DNA of 64,000 nt from Candidatus Omnitrophota bacterium (GCA_022710715.1 JAKLGJ010000004.1:166-64165); one strand, 5' to 3'; positions 39,507 through 48,150 are shown, numbered from the stretch's first letter. Program-made: numbers and translations. The notes: generated by a model not told the origin, from the letters alone.

Positions 39507-39550
39507 AAGACGTCCTTGGAAGTGACAAGGTCGTCTTTTTTGTTTTTCAA
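39507..39550 (+). terminator. Rho-independent terminator (12-bp stem with one mismatch, 7-nt loop, TTTTTTGTTTTTCA tail)
   Basis: AAGACGTCCTTG-GAAGTGA-CAAGGTCGTCTT followed by the U-tract. Confidence 0.7.
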
Positions 39551-39650
39551 TGTGCCTAAAAAACAGGCAATCGTAGCATAGATGAACGTAAATAAGGCAA
39601 AACAGGCCGCGTATCAATCAACACACCCGACGCAGACAGGTGGTGCGCCG

Positions 39651-39770
39651 GTGTCGCCCTTGCGGGAATACACCTTGCGCAATCGGAATATGCGCAAGTG
39701 TTGCCCTTGCGGGAACATACCTTGCGCAATTGGAATATGCGCAAGTGTTGCCCTTGCGGGCAAGGAGGAG
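39651..39770 (+). promoter_or_regulatory. Tandemly duplicated (47-nt unit, about 2.5 copies) two-hairpin element in the gdhA 5' leader; the last copy presents the GGAGG SD
   Basis: Hairpin A: CTTGCGCA-(ATCGGAATA or ATTGGAATA)-TGCGCAAG at 39674-39698 and 39721-39745. Hairpin B: TTGCCC-TTGC-GGGCAA at 39748-39763, followed directly by GGAGG and the ATG at 39776. Confidence 0.55.
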
Positions 39771-39775
39771 AAGAG

Positions 39776-41113
39776 ATGTCGAAGAGAATTGACGAATTCA
39801 TGGAACTGGTTATCGCGAAAAACCCCGGTGAGAAAGAATTTCATCAGGCGGTTCGCGAGGTCGTGGAAACGGTAATGCCGTTTATCGAAGAGAATCCCAA
39901 GTATCTCAAGGCAAAAATCCTTGAGAGAATCATTGAGCCTGAACGGATAATCATCTTCCGCGTTCCCTGGCTGGATGATAAAGGCGAAGTGCAGGTAAAC
40001 CGCGGTTTCCGCATTGAAATGAACAGCGCCATCGGGCCGTACAAAGGCGGATTGCGTCTGCATCCCAGCGTGAATCTGGGGATCCTGAAATTCCTGGCTT
40101 TTGAGCAGGTATTCAAGAACAGTCTGACCACGCTGCCCATGGGTGGCGGCAAGGGCGGTTCGGATTTCGATCCCAAAGGAAAGTCCGATAATGAAGTAAT
40201 GCGTTTTTGCCAGAGTTTCATGACCGAACTGCAAAGACATATCGGTCCGGATACGGATGTGCCTGCCGGCGATATCGGCGTAGGCGGCCGCGAGATCGGT
40301 TTTCTGTTCGGCCAGTACAAAAGACTGCGCAACGAGTTTACCGGGGTTCTCACCGGTAAAGGATTGAACTGGGGCGGCAGCCTTATCCGTCCGGAAGCTA
40401 CCGGTTATGGCTGCGTGTATTTTGCCCAGGAAATGCTGCGTACCCGCGGCGAGTCCCTTGAGGGTAAAGTCTGCACCGTATCCGGTTCCGGCAACGTCGC
40501 CCAGTATACCGTGGAGAAGTTGCTGCAGCTGGGAGCAAAACCGGTGACGCTCTCCGATTCCGACGGATATATCTATGACGCTGACGGGATCAGCGAACAG
40601 AAGCTTAAATTCGTTCTGGAGCTTAAGAACGTCAAGCGCGGGCGCATCAAAGAATATGCCCAGAAGTACGGCTGCAAATTCCTGGAAGGCAAGCGGCCGT
40701 GGGAAGTCAAATGCGATATCGCATTCCCGTCCGCCACGCAGAACGAGATCGATGAAGCTGACGCCAAGAAACTGGTCAAGAACGGCTGCATGTGCGTGGC
40801 CGAAGGCGCGAACATGCCGTCTACTCCGGAGGCGATCGCAGTTTTTCAGGCAGCGAAGATCCTGTATGCTCCCGGCAAAGCTTCCAATGCCGGCGGCGTC
40901 GCTACCAGCGGTCTGGAAATGTCCCAGAATAGCCAGCGTTTAGCCTGGACCAGAGAAGAAGTGGATGAGAAATTGCATCAGATCATGATCAAGATACATG
41001 ATTCATGCGTCAAGTATGGAAAAGAAGGCAAGTATATCAATTATGTCAAAGGCGCCAATATCGCCGGGTTCGTCAAAGTGGCGGACGCCATGATCGATCA
41101 GGGTTTAGTGTAA
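39776..41113 (+). CDS. gdhA: NADP-specific glutamate dehydrogenase
   Basis: GDH catalytic region [11 protein letters not shown]...[19 protein letters not shown] and a Rossmann GSGNVAQY motif. Confidence 0.95.
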   Translation: MSKRIDEFMELVIAKNPGEKEFHQAVREVVETVMPFIEENPKYLKAKILERIIEPERIIIFRVPWLDDKGEVQVNRGFRIEMNSAIGPYKGGLRLHPSVNLGILKFLAFEQVFKNSLTTLPMGGGKGGSDFDPKGKSDNEVMRFCQSFMTELQRHIGPDTDVPAGDIGVGGREIGFLFGQYKRLRNEFTGVLTGKGLNWGGSLIRPEATGYGCVYFAQEMLRTRGESLEGKVCTVSGSGNVAQYTVEKLLQLGAKPVTLSDSDGYIYDADGISEQKLKFVLELKNVKRGRIKEYAQKYGCKFLEGKRPWEVKCDIAFPSATQNEIDEADAKKLVKNGCMCVAEGANMPSTPEAIAVFQAAKILYAPGKASNAGGVATSGLEMSQNSQRLAWTREEVDEKLHQIMIKIHDSCVKYGKEGKYINYVKGANIAGFVKVADAMIDQGLV

Positions 41114-41149
41114 TCGTTTGACATAACGCATCGCGGTGCATTTCACCGG

Positions 41150-41186
41150 CAGGCCGGGTCATTACCATGATCCGGCCTGTTTTTTA
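41150..41186 (+). terminator. Rho-independent terminator after gdhA (CAGGCCGG-N14-CCGGCCTG + TTTTTT)
   Basis: 8-bp GC-rich stem plus U-tract. Confidence 0.7.
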
Positions 41187-41328
41187 AAGTCGTCTAACGC
41201 TTTGTCCCGTAATGGCTTTTATCCCTCAAGTATCTCTCCCGGAATGCCGATAACTAATTAGCAATCAAAGGTATTGCATACCTTACGCTAAAAAAAGCAT
41301 ACGTATTGCCTTCGCAGGCAAGGAGTGA

Positions 41329-43458
41329 ATGGTGTCGATATTGCTGGAAGCGTTGTTAAGGGAGCATGTCATCAGTCCTGAACAGGTGCAGGAAGCGCAG
41401 GAAAAGCAGCTCGGCGCTAAAAAGCCGCTATTGACTTTGCTGCTGGAAATGCATTCCGTGACCGAACAGAATCTGATGACTGCGGCGTCGCATGTATTCA
41501 ATATGCCGGTATGCGACCTGGATAAAGAGTTCATCGACGCGGAAGCGCTCAAACTTATTCCTTACGAGACCGCTAAACAATACAGCATCATTCCGTTGCG
41601 CGTGGAGGCGGATGCGCTGGTTATCGCGATGAGCGATCCGGAAGACAGCCTGGTCATAGATCAGATGCGCGCGGTGTCCGGAAAACAGGTTACATCCGTT
41701 CTGGCCATAGAAAGCCAGATCGTCAAGGCCATTGAAAAAGCGTATCACGCCGATGATGTCGTTTATGACCTGCTCAAGAACACGCAGACATGCGGCGATC
41801 TGTCCATCGACCAGGATGCGGCGTTCGGGCGTCAGGCGGTCGATGTCAGCGCCAGCCGGGATATCCATTCGCCGGCGGTAAAATTGGCGCATATGATCAT
41901 TCACGATGCGATCAAAAACCGGGCCAGCGATATTCACATAGAACCGAAAGAGAACGAAGTGCTGGTGCGCTATCGCATCGACGGTGAACTGCGGCAGATC
42001 ATGACTCTTCCGGCAATCACGTACGCTTCGCTGATCGGCAGAATCAAGATCATGGGCGGTATCGATATATCGGAAAACAGAAAGCCGCAGGACGGCAGGG
42101 TCAGGATAGTGCTGGATAAAAGAAAGATCGATATCCGCATATCCACGCTGCCCACGGTTTTCGGCGAGCGGGTGGAATTGAGAGTTCTCGATCCCCAGGA
42201 AGCCAAAATCGTCCTGGACAGGATCGGCTTGGAGACCCAGGAGCTGGGCATGTTCACCGACGCTATTCACCGCCCCAAGGGGATGGTTCTGGTTACCGGG
42301 CCGACCGGCGCCGGCAAGAATTCCACCATTTACGCGGCTTTGAATGTTTTAAAAGACGGCAAACGCAACATCATTACTCTCGAAGATCCGGTCGAGTATC
42401 TGATGGACGGGATTAACCAGATCCAGGTCAATCCGGCTATCGATCTGACGTTCGCCGCCGGCCTGCGCAGCATTCTGCGGCAGGACCCGGACATTATTTC
42501 GGTCGGCGAGATCCGCGATGAAGAGACCGCCGAGATCGCTTTTAAAAGCGCCATGACCGGGCATCTGGTGTTTTCGACCCTGCATACGATCAATGCCGTG
42601 GCGACCCTGTCGCGGTTGATGAATATGGGGCTGCAGCCGTATATGCTCTCTTCGGCTCTGCTGTTGATCGTTGCCCAGCGGCTGGTGCGTTGCATTTGCC
42701 CGTTGTGCAAGGAAGAGTACCGGCCTGATGAGAAGACTGTTCAGCTGTTCCTGGAGTATTTCGACAATTCCACATTACGCAAGACGTACCGGGGCAGGGG
42801 GTGCGCCAGCTGTAATTTCAGCGGCTATTTCGGCCGGATCGCAATTTTCGAGCTCCTGCCGATCACCATGGAAATCCGTCGTATCATCGATTCCGGTTTC
42901 AGCGAGGAAGCGGTATTCCAGCAGGCGCGTAACCACGGGTTAAGGACTCTGGCCGAAGCGGGTATCGCTAAAGTATCCCAGGGTATAACCACGCTGGAAG
43001 AAGTCGCGCGGGTGGCGGAGCTGATTCCCATGGGTACGAATACCGGGGAATCTCCGGGCATCCAGCGCAAAGGAACGCATATCCTGGTGGCGGATGACGA
43101 TGAGAGTATACACAAATTGCTCGGCGCCTATCTTGAGCATGCCGGATTTCAGGTCAGCCATGCCAGAGACGGGGAAGAGTTGATCGCGCTGGTTATGAGC
43201 GAAAAACCGGATATGGTCATTACTGACGTGACCATGCCCAAGAAGACGGGGTTGGAAGCCACCCAACAGCTGCGTTCGAATCTCTCCACTGCGGGTATTC
43301 CCATCCTGATGCTCACCGCCCGGGAAGATAAAGCCAGCGAACTGGCCGGTTTGCATGCCGGAGTGGATGATTATATGACCAAGCCGTTTGATTACGAAAA
43401 GCTTCTGGCGCGGGTACAGATGCTTTTGCGTCGCAGCACCGCGTCTTCTTTTGCTTGA
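41329..43458 (+). CDS. Type II secretion / type IV pilus assembly ATPase (GspE/PilB family) with a C-terminal CheY-like receiver (REC) domain
   Basis: N-terminal GSPII_E domain; Walker A GPTGAGKNST; Asp and His boxes; the CxxC...CxxC tetracysteine. The C-terminal ~125 aa (ILVADDDESI...DMVITDVTMPKKTG...LTAREDK...KPF) are a REC domain. Confidence 0.85.
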   Translation: MVSILLEALLREHVISPEQVQEAQEKQLGAKKPLLTLLLEMHSVTEQNLMTAASHVFNMPVCDLDKEFIDAEALKLIPYETAKQYSIIPLRVEADALVIAMSDPEDSLVIDQMRAVSGKQVTSVLAIESQIVKAIEKAYHADDVVYDLLKNTQTCGDLSIDQDAAFGRQAVDVSASRDIHSPAVKLAHMIIHDAIKNRASDIHIEPKENEVLVRYRIDGELRQIMTLPAITYASLIGRIKIMGGIDISENRKPQDGRVRIVLDKRKIDIRISTLPTVFGERVELRVLDPQEAKIVLDRIGLETQELGMFTDAIHRPKGMVLVTGPTGAGKNSTIYAALNVLKDGKRNIITLEDPVEYLMDGINQIQVNPAIDLTFAAGLRSILRQDPDIISVGEIRDEETAEIAFKSAMTGHLVFSTLHTINAVATLSRLMNMGLQPYMLSSALLLIVAQRLVRCICPLCKEEYRPDEKTVQLFLEYFDNSTLRKTYRGRGCASCNFSGYFGRIAIFELLPITMEIRRIIDSGFSEEAVFQQARNHGLRTLAEAGIAKVSQGITTLEEVARVAELIPMGTNTGESPGIQRKGTHILVADDDESIHKLLGAYLEHAGFQVSHARDGEELIALVMSEKPDMVITDVTMPKKTGLEATQQLRSNLSTAGIPILMLTAREDKASELAGLHAGVDDYMTKPFDYEKLLARVQMLLRRSTASSFA

Positions 43459-43482
43459 CAAATCGCTCTGACGTGCTATACT
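43455..43482 (+). promoter_or_regulatory. Sigma70-like promoter TTGACA-N16-TATACT overlapping the stop codon of the GspE-REC gene
   Basis: Consensus -35 (includes the TGA stop) and a TATACT -10. Confidence 0.4.
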
Positions 43483-43516
43483 TCTTTCTGTAAGCAATGA
43501 ATGAAGCTGAACAGTG

Positions 43517-43547
43517 ACGTTCGCGAAAGCGAGCGTTTTTTGTTTTT
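43517..43547 (+). terminator. Rho-independent terminator (ACGTTCGC-GAAA-GCGAGCGT, GNRA loop) with the same TTTTTTGTTTTTCA tail as the 39507-39550 terminator
   Basis: 8-bp stem (one G-U pair), GAAA tetraloop and U-tract. Confidence 0.7.
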
Positions 43548-43596
43548 CAGTCCCCACACCGGCATGTTGTGAGGGAGCAAAGGATAACGACGTCCT

Positions 43597-43637
43597 GGAT
43601 TATACATCAGAGGTAGATGTATAGTCCGGGATTTTTT
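43597..43637 (+). promoter_or_regulatory. Terminator-like leader hairpin (GGATTATACATC-N7-GATGTATAGTCC, then GGGATTTTTT) abutting the nadE SD
   Basis: 12-bp stem with one mismatch, 4-nt spacer and a 6-U tract. It ends 4 nt before the TAAGGAG SD. It is also a DNA palindrome, so it could be an operator. Confidence 0.45.
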
Positions 43638-43655
43638 GCTTAAGGAGACTGCGAG

Positions 43656-45365
43656 ATGTCCGGAAAAGCTGCGGCAATCACGCGTATAGCATGCGCCCAG
43701 ATGAACGCGACCGTGGGAGACATCGAGGGGAATAAAGAAAAGATCCGCTTTTGTATCGAACGGGCGCACGCGCACGCAGCGGATATAGTGGTTTTCCCGG
43801 AATTGTCTTTGACCGGGTATCCGCCGGAAGACCTGTTGCTCAAACCGTCGTTTATCGCGGACAACCTGACCGCGCTGGGGCAACTCGCGGCAGCGGTCCC
43901 GGACATTATTGCGGTGGTGGGATGTGTGGATAAAGCGGGAGGACGGATTTTCAATGCCGCGGCTATCCTGTACCGGGGAGCGGTCGCCGGGATCTATCAC
44001 AAGAAGCTTCTGCCGAACTACGGCGTATTTGATGAAAAGCGTTATTTCACGCCGGGTCAGCGGCCCGGAGTTTTTGCCTACGCGCACCATATGTTCGGGG
44101 TGACGATCTGTGAAGATATCTGGCTTGCCGGTGGTCCGCTGGATGAGCAGGCTCGACTGGGAGCCGGATGTATACTCAACTTGAGCGCTTCCCCGTATCA
44201 TATGGGCAAACAGAAAATCAGGGAACAGACGGTTTGCCGGCAGGCCAGGCACTACGGCCTTCCTATCGTATATACCAATCTCATCGGAGGACAGGATGAG
44301 CTTGTGTTTGACGGCCAGAGCATGATGATTGACGGGCGGGGAAAGGTGGTTGTACGGTTGCCCGCGTTTCGCGAGGATATGCTTTTTGCGGACCTGCAGC
44401 TCAAGCCTGCCGGGAACAGGAAGAGCAAAGCAGCGCTGAATCTGGGCTGCCCGCGGGGCAGCCGGAATAAGCCGGTTTTGATCCGCAGGGATGCAGAGTC
44501 GCTTGAGCCTGTCGCCGAGGTGTATCGCGCGCTGGCGGTGGGGCTGCGCGACTATGTCGTCAAGAACGGGTTCAAAAAGGTGGTTCTGGGGTTAAGCGGC
44601 GGTATTGATTCCGCGCTGGTGGCGTGTCTAGCGGTAGATGCGCTGGGGCAGGATAATGTAACCGGGGTATTCATGCCTTCGCGCTACTCTTCGCAGGAAT
44701 CACTGACAGACGCGCAGATGCTGGCAGAGAATCTGCATATTGAGTTCCAGCAGATCAGTATCGAGCATATCTATAAAATGTATCTATTGGTTTTAGAGCC
44801 GCATTTCACGGGGAGGGGCAAAGACGTCACTGAAGAGAACTTGCAGGCGCGTATCCGGGGCAACATCCTCATGGCTCTTTCCAATAAATTCGGGTGGTTG
44901 GTGTTGACCACGGGGAATAAGTCCGAGATGAGCACCGGTTACGCCACGCTGTATGGCGATATGGCCGGAGGGCTGGCGGTGATCAAAGACGTTCCGAAGA
45001 CGCTTGTGTACCGGCTGTGCGCTTTCCGCAACAGCCTGCATGCGGCGATCCCGCAGCGTATCTTTACCAAGCCTCCTACTGCGGAGCTGCGGCCGAACCA
45101 GAAAGACAGCGACTCGTTGCCGGACTATGCGCTGCTTGACCCGATTCTCAAGGAGTATATAGAAAACGACCGCAGTTCCCGGGATATCGCCGGCAAAGGC
45201 TATGCGCAAGCGATAGTGGAAAAAGTGGTGCGCCTGGTCGATCGTACCGAATATAAGCGTCGTCAGGCGCCCCCGGGTATCAAAATCACGCCCAAAGCGT
45301 TCGGCAGAGACCGGCGCATGCCCGTGACCAATCGGTATAGCGATACGGGCTCAACGGGTGCGTAG
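43656..45365 (+). CDS. nadE: Glutamine-dependent NAD+ synthetase (N-terminal CN-hydrolase/nitrilase domain plus C-terminal NAD synthase domain)
   Basis: CN hydrolase catalytic triad region (FPELSLTGY...ICEDIW) and the SGGIDS PP-loop of NAD synthase. Confidence 0.9.
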   Translation: MSGKAAAITRIACAQMNATVGDIEGNKEKIRFCIERAHAHAADIVVFPELSLTGYPPEDLLLKPSFIADNLTALGQLAAAVPDIIAVVGCVDKAGGRIFNAAAILYRGAVAGIYHKKLLPNYGVFDEKRYFTPGQRPGVFAYAHHMFGVTICEDIWLAGGPLDEQARLGAGCILNLSASPYHMGKQKIREQTVCRQARHYGLPIVYTNLIGGQDELVFDGQSMMIDGRGKVVVRLPAFREDMLFADLQLKPAGNRKSKAALNLGCPRGSRNKPVLIRRDAESLEPVAEVYRALAVGLRDYVVKNGFKKVVLGLSGGIDSALVACLAVDALGQDNVTGVFMPSRYSSQESLTDAQMLAENLHIEFQQISIEHIYKMYLLVLEPHFTGRGKDVTEENLQARIRGNILMALSNKFGWLVLTTGNKSEMSTGYATLYGDMAGGLAVIKDVPKTLVYRLCAFRNSLHAAIPQRIFTKPPTAELRPNQKDSDSLPDYALLDPILKEYIENDRSSRDIAGKGYAQAIVEKVVRLVDRTEYKRRQAPPGIKITPKAFGRDRRMPVTNRYSDTGSTGA

Positions 45366-45380
45366 AAAGGCAGGTGAAGC

Positions 45381-45905
45381 ATGATCACATTCGAGCGGGT
45401 TCTGGAGAAATTTACCCCCCGGCTGAAAGGCATCGCGCACAGGATATACACCTGCAGTCCTTCGGTATCCAGCGACGACCTGATGCAGGAAGCAGCGGTG
45501 CATTTATGGATGGAGTATACGCAAGGCAACCTGTCCGACAAAACGGACAGTTATATCCTGCAGGGCTGTTATTTTCATCTCAAGAATTTTGTGCGCACGA
45601 TCAAAGGGCGCAATCGGCTGATCAGCATCGATGAACACGCCGGCGAAACCGATGAGCATCCGGAATCGCTGCTCTGGAAGCGCGATCGGGAAGCGGCTGC
45701 GGATTACCTGGAGTATCTCAATGACCGCATGCTCGCGGATGTGATCCGCAATAACGGTCTGACCGTGAAAGAAAAAGAACTGCTTCCTTTTTTAAGCCAG
45801 GGATTGACTACCCGCGAGATCGGAGCGAAACTGGGCGTTTCGCATGTGCGGGTGATAAAACTAACCCGGGCGATCCGCGAAAAATGCCGTAAGTATCTCG
45901 ATTGA
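45381..45905 (+). CDS. Sigma-70 family (ECF-like) RNA polymerase sigma factor
   Basis: Region 2-like helix (LMQEAAVHLWMEY) and a C-terminal region 4 HTH (LTTREIGAKLGVSHVRVIKL). Confidence 0.7.
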   Translation: MITFERVLEKFTPRLKGIAHRIYTCSPSVSSDDLMQEAAVHLWMEYTQGNLSDKTDSYILQGCYFHLKNFVRTIKGRNRLISIDEHAGETDEHPESLLWKRDREAAADYLEYLNDRMLADVIRNNGLTVKEKELLPFLSQGLTTREIGAKLGVSHVRVIKLTRAIREKCRKYLD

Positions 45906-46019
45906 TCTTCGTCCGTTACCGGGAGGTGAAGTAAATACAGGTTACCAGCCGGCGCGCAGATTTACTTGTATACATGGCAGACTTGAGAGCATGACACAGC
46001 GATGTGTGAAAGTACGATG

Positions 46020-46137
46020 ACGTTCGCCGGACAGCGAACGTTTTTCATTTGAGGTCGTTTTTTGCGTTGAACGCAAAAGTTTTCTGACGCGGGCGTCTTA
46101 GATCCAGACAACAGTTCGGATCGAAGACGCCTTTTTT
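46020..46137 (+). promoter_or_regulatory. Three consecutive hairpin-plus-U-tract structures in the 245-bp gap before glnB; the last ends 3 nt before the SD
   Basis: (1) ACGTTCGC-CGGACA-GCGAACGT + TTTTT at 46020-46046. (2) TTTTGCG-TTGAA-CGCAAAA + GTTTT at 46058-46084. (3) GGCGTCTT-N24-AAGACGCC + TTTTTT at 46092-46137. Confidence 0.55.
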
Positions 46138-46153
46138 GTTGAAGGAGGACGGG

Positions 46154-46492
46154 ATGAAGAAAATCGAAGCGGTGATCCGTTCGGAAAAAGTCGGGGCGGT
46201 ACGTAAAGCCCTGGAGCAGGTTGCGATAGCCGGGTTGACCCTGATCCAGGTCGATGGCCACGGGAATCAACGGGGAACGGTACAGAGACTGCGGGGGGAA
46301 GAATTTAAAGTGGGTATCCTTCCCAAGACCAAACTGGAACTGATCGCTGCGGACAAGCATGTCCCGGCGATCATCCGGGCCATCTGTACGGCAGCTCGCA
46401 CCGGGCAGATCGGTGACGGCAAGATATTCGTCTATCCGGTGGAAGAAGCCGTGCGTATCCGCACCGGGGAGTGCGGAGAAAAAGCGCTGTGA
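46154..46492 (+). CDS. glnB: Nitrogen regulatory protein P-II
   Basis: PII fold signature with a T-loop (RGEEFKVGILPK); 112 aa. GAAGGAGG SD. Confidence 0.9.
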   Translation: MKKIEAVIRSEKVGAVRKALEQVAIAGLTLIQVDGHGNQRGTVQRLRGEEFKVGILPKTKLELIAADKHVPAIIRAICTAARTGQIGDGKIFVYPVEEAVRIRTGECGEKAL

Positions 46493-46517
46493 TCACGCTC
46501 TACTATAGGAGGAAGCT

Positions 46518-47744
46518 ATGAATACAGGAGATACCGCGTGGGTGCTGATATCTGCGGCGCTGGTGCTGTTGATGACGCCGGGGCTGGCCTTCTTTTACGG
46601 CGGCATGGTGCGCAAGAAGAACATTTTGAGCGTGCTCATGCAATGTTTTATCATCATGTGTCTGGTGGGAGTGCAATGGGTGCTTTGCGGCTACAGCCTT
46701 TCTTTTGCTCCGGGCAAGGGGTTCTGGGGGGGATTCGCCTGGATGGGGCTTAACGGCGTGGGGTTCGAGCCGTATGCCGCTTATGCCGGCACTATTCCGC
46801 ATCAAGCCTTCATGATCTTTCAGGCGATGTTCGCAATCATTACTCCGGCGTTGATCATCGGCGCTTTTGCCGAGCGGATGAAATTTTCGGCGTTTCTGAT
46901 CTTTATCCTGCTCTGGTCGACTTTTGTCTACGATCCGGTCTGTCACTGGGTCTGGGGCATCGGCGGATGGCTGCGCGCTCTTGGCGCTTTGGATTTTGCC
47001 GGCGGTACCGTGGTGCACGTCAATGCCGGCATAGCCGCGCTGGTTACGGCATTGATCATAGGAAAGCGCAAACATGTGGAAAAGAATGTTCCGGTTCCCC
47101 ACAATATGCCGTTTGTAGCCCTGGGTACGGGGCTGTTGTGGTTCGGATGGTTCGGGTTCAACGCCGGAAGCGCACTGGCGGCAAACGGACTGGCGGTTAA
47201 TGCTTTTGTTGTGACGACCACCGCCGCTTCAGCCGCGGGGTTAAGCTGGGCGTTGATCGAATGGATGCGTAACGGCAAACCGACGTTGTTGGGCGTCTGT
47301 TCGGGCGCGGTTGCCGGGCTAGTGGCTATTACTCCTGCTGCCGGGTTTGTGAGCGTGGTTCCGGCAATCGTCATCGGGTTGCTGGTCAGTGTTTTTTGCT
47401 ATACTGCGGTAAGCGTGATCAAGCCCGCGCTGGGGTACGACGATTCTCTGGATGCTTTCGGGGTGCATTGCGTGGGCGGCATCTGGGGCGCTCTGGCAAC
47501 CGGGCTGTTCGCTTCCAAAGCGGTGAATCCTGCGGGAGCCGACGGTGCGTTCTTCGGCAATCCCAGGCTGTTCCTGGTGCAATTGATCGCCGTGGGTATC
47601 ACTATCGTCTATTCTTTCATCGTCACCATCGTCATCTACAAAGTGGTCGACGCTCTGGTCGGCGTGCGGGTAGGGGAAAAAGAAGAGTCGCTGGGGCTGG
47701 ATCTGTCTCAACATCACGAACGGGCGTACACGGTGCTGGAGTAG
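46518..47744 (+). CDS. amtB: Ammonium transporter
   Basis: Amt family: 11 transmembrane segments and the DFAGGTVVH and GxxGxxxxG motifs. Confidence 0.95.
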   Translation: MNTGDTAWVLISAALVLLMTPGLAFFYGGMVRKKNILSVLMQCFIIMCLVGVQWVLCGYSLSFAPGKGFWGGFAWMGLNGVGFEPYAAYAGTIPHQAFMIFQAMFAIITPALIIGAFAERMKFSAFLIFILLWSTFVYDPVCHWVWGIGGWLRALGALDFAGGTVVHVNAGIAALVTALIIGKRKHVEKNVPVPHNMPFVALGTGLLWFGWFGFNAGSALAANGLAVNAFVVTTTAASAAGLSWALIEWMRNGKPTLLGVCSGAVAGLVAITPAAGFVSVVPAIVIGLLVSVFCYTAVSVIKPALGYDDSLDAFGVHCVGGIWGALATGLFASKAVNPAGADGAFFGNPRLFLVQLIAVGITIVYSFIVTIVIYKVVDALVGVRVGEKEESLGLDLSQHHERAYTVLE

Positions 47745-47755
47745 CGGTGTTATAC

Positions 47756-47804
47756 CCCGCGCAGATCGGAATTGCGCGGGTATTGCCCTTGTGGGCAAGG
47801 AGGG
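47756..47804 (+). promoter_or_regulatory. Second copy of the two-hairpin motif, filling the amtB-glnK intergenic region: CCCGCGCA-GATCGGAAT-TGCGCGGG, TA, TTGCCC-TTGT-GGGCAA, GGAGGG
   Basis: Same architecture and spacing as the gdhA leader element. The stem sequence differs but pairing is preserved (compensatory changes). Confidence 0.55.
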
Positions 47805-47808
47805 TGGA

Positions 47809-48150
47809 ATGAAGCTGATTATTGCGATCATCCAGCCGGACAAGCTGGAGGAAGTCAAAGAAGAGTTGTATAAGGCCGAAGTGAATCTGCTGACCGTGAA
47901 TGAAGTGTTGGGACATGGTCGTCAAAAAGGGGTAACTGAGGTGTACCGCGGCGCCAGGGAATCCGGGAATCTGCTGCGTAAGGTCCGCCTGGAGATAGCG
48001 GTTAACGACGGTTTTGTGGAGCCGACCGTGAAAGCGATCATCAAAGGCGCTAGAACCGGGGAAACCGGCGACGGAAAGATTTTCGTCCTGGATCTGAAGG
48101 AATGCGTGCGCATCAGAACCGAAGAGCGCGGCTCTCCGGCTATCGGTTGA
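47809..48150 (+). CDS. glnK: Nitrogen regulatory protein P-II (second paralog, GlnK-like)
   Basis: PII fold signature (KLEEVKEEL...[22 protein letters not shown]); 113 aa. Confidence 0.9.
   Translation: MKLIIAIIQPDKLEEVKEELYKAEVNLLTVNEVLGHGRQKGVTEVYRGARESGNLLRKVRLEIAVNDGFVEPTVKAIIKGARTGETGDGKIFVLDLKECVRIRTEERGSPAIG

Noticed and set aside
39560-39580. Sigma-54 (-24/-12) promoter upstream of gdhA (AGGCAATCGTAGCA)
   Set aside because: The GG to GC spacing is 10 rather than 12 and the flanking consensus bases are missing. The region just upstream has a good sigma70-type promoter, so sigma-54 is not supported.
41290-41303. 8-bp palindrome ATACGTAT upstream of the GspE-REC gene (41296) and again upstream of the V-ATPase operon (48219)
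   Set aside because: The expected frequency of this AT-rich octamer in 64 kb is ~0.5, so two hits are not significant. No extended shared context was found.
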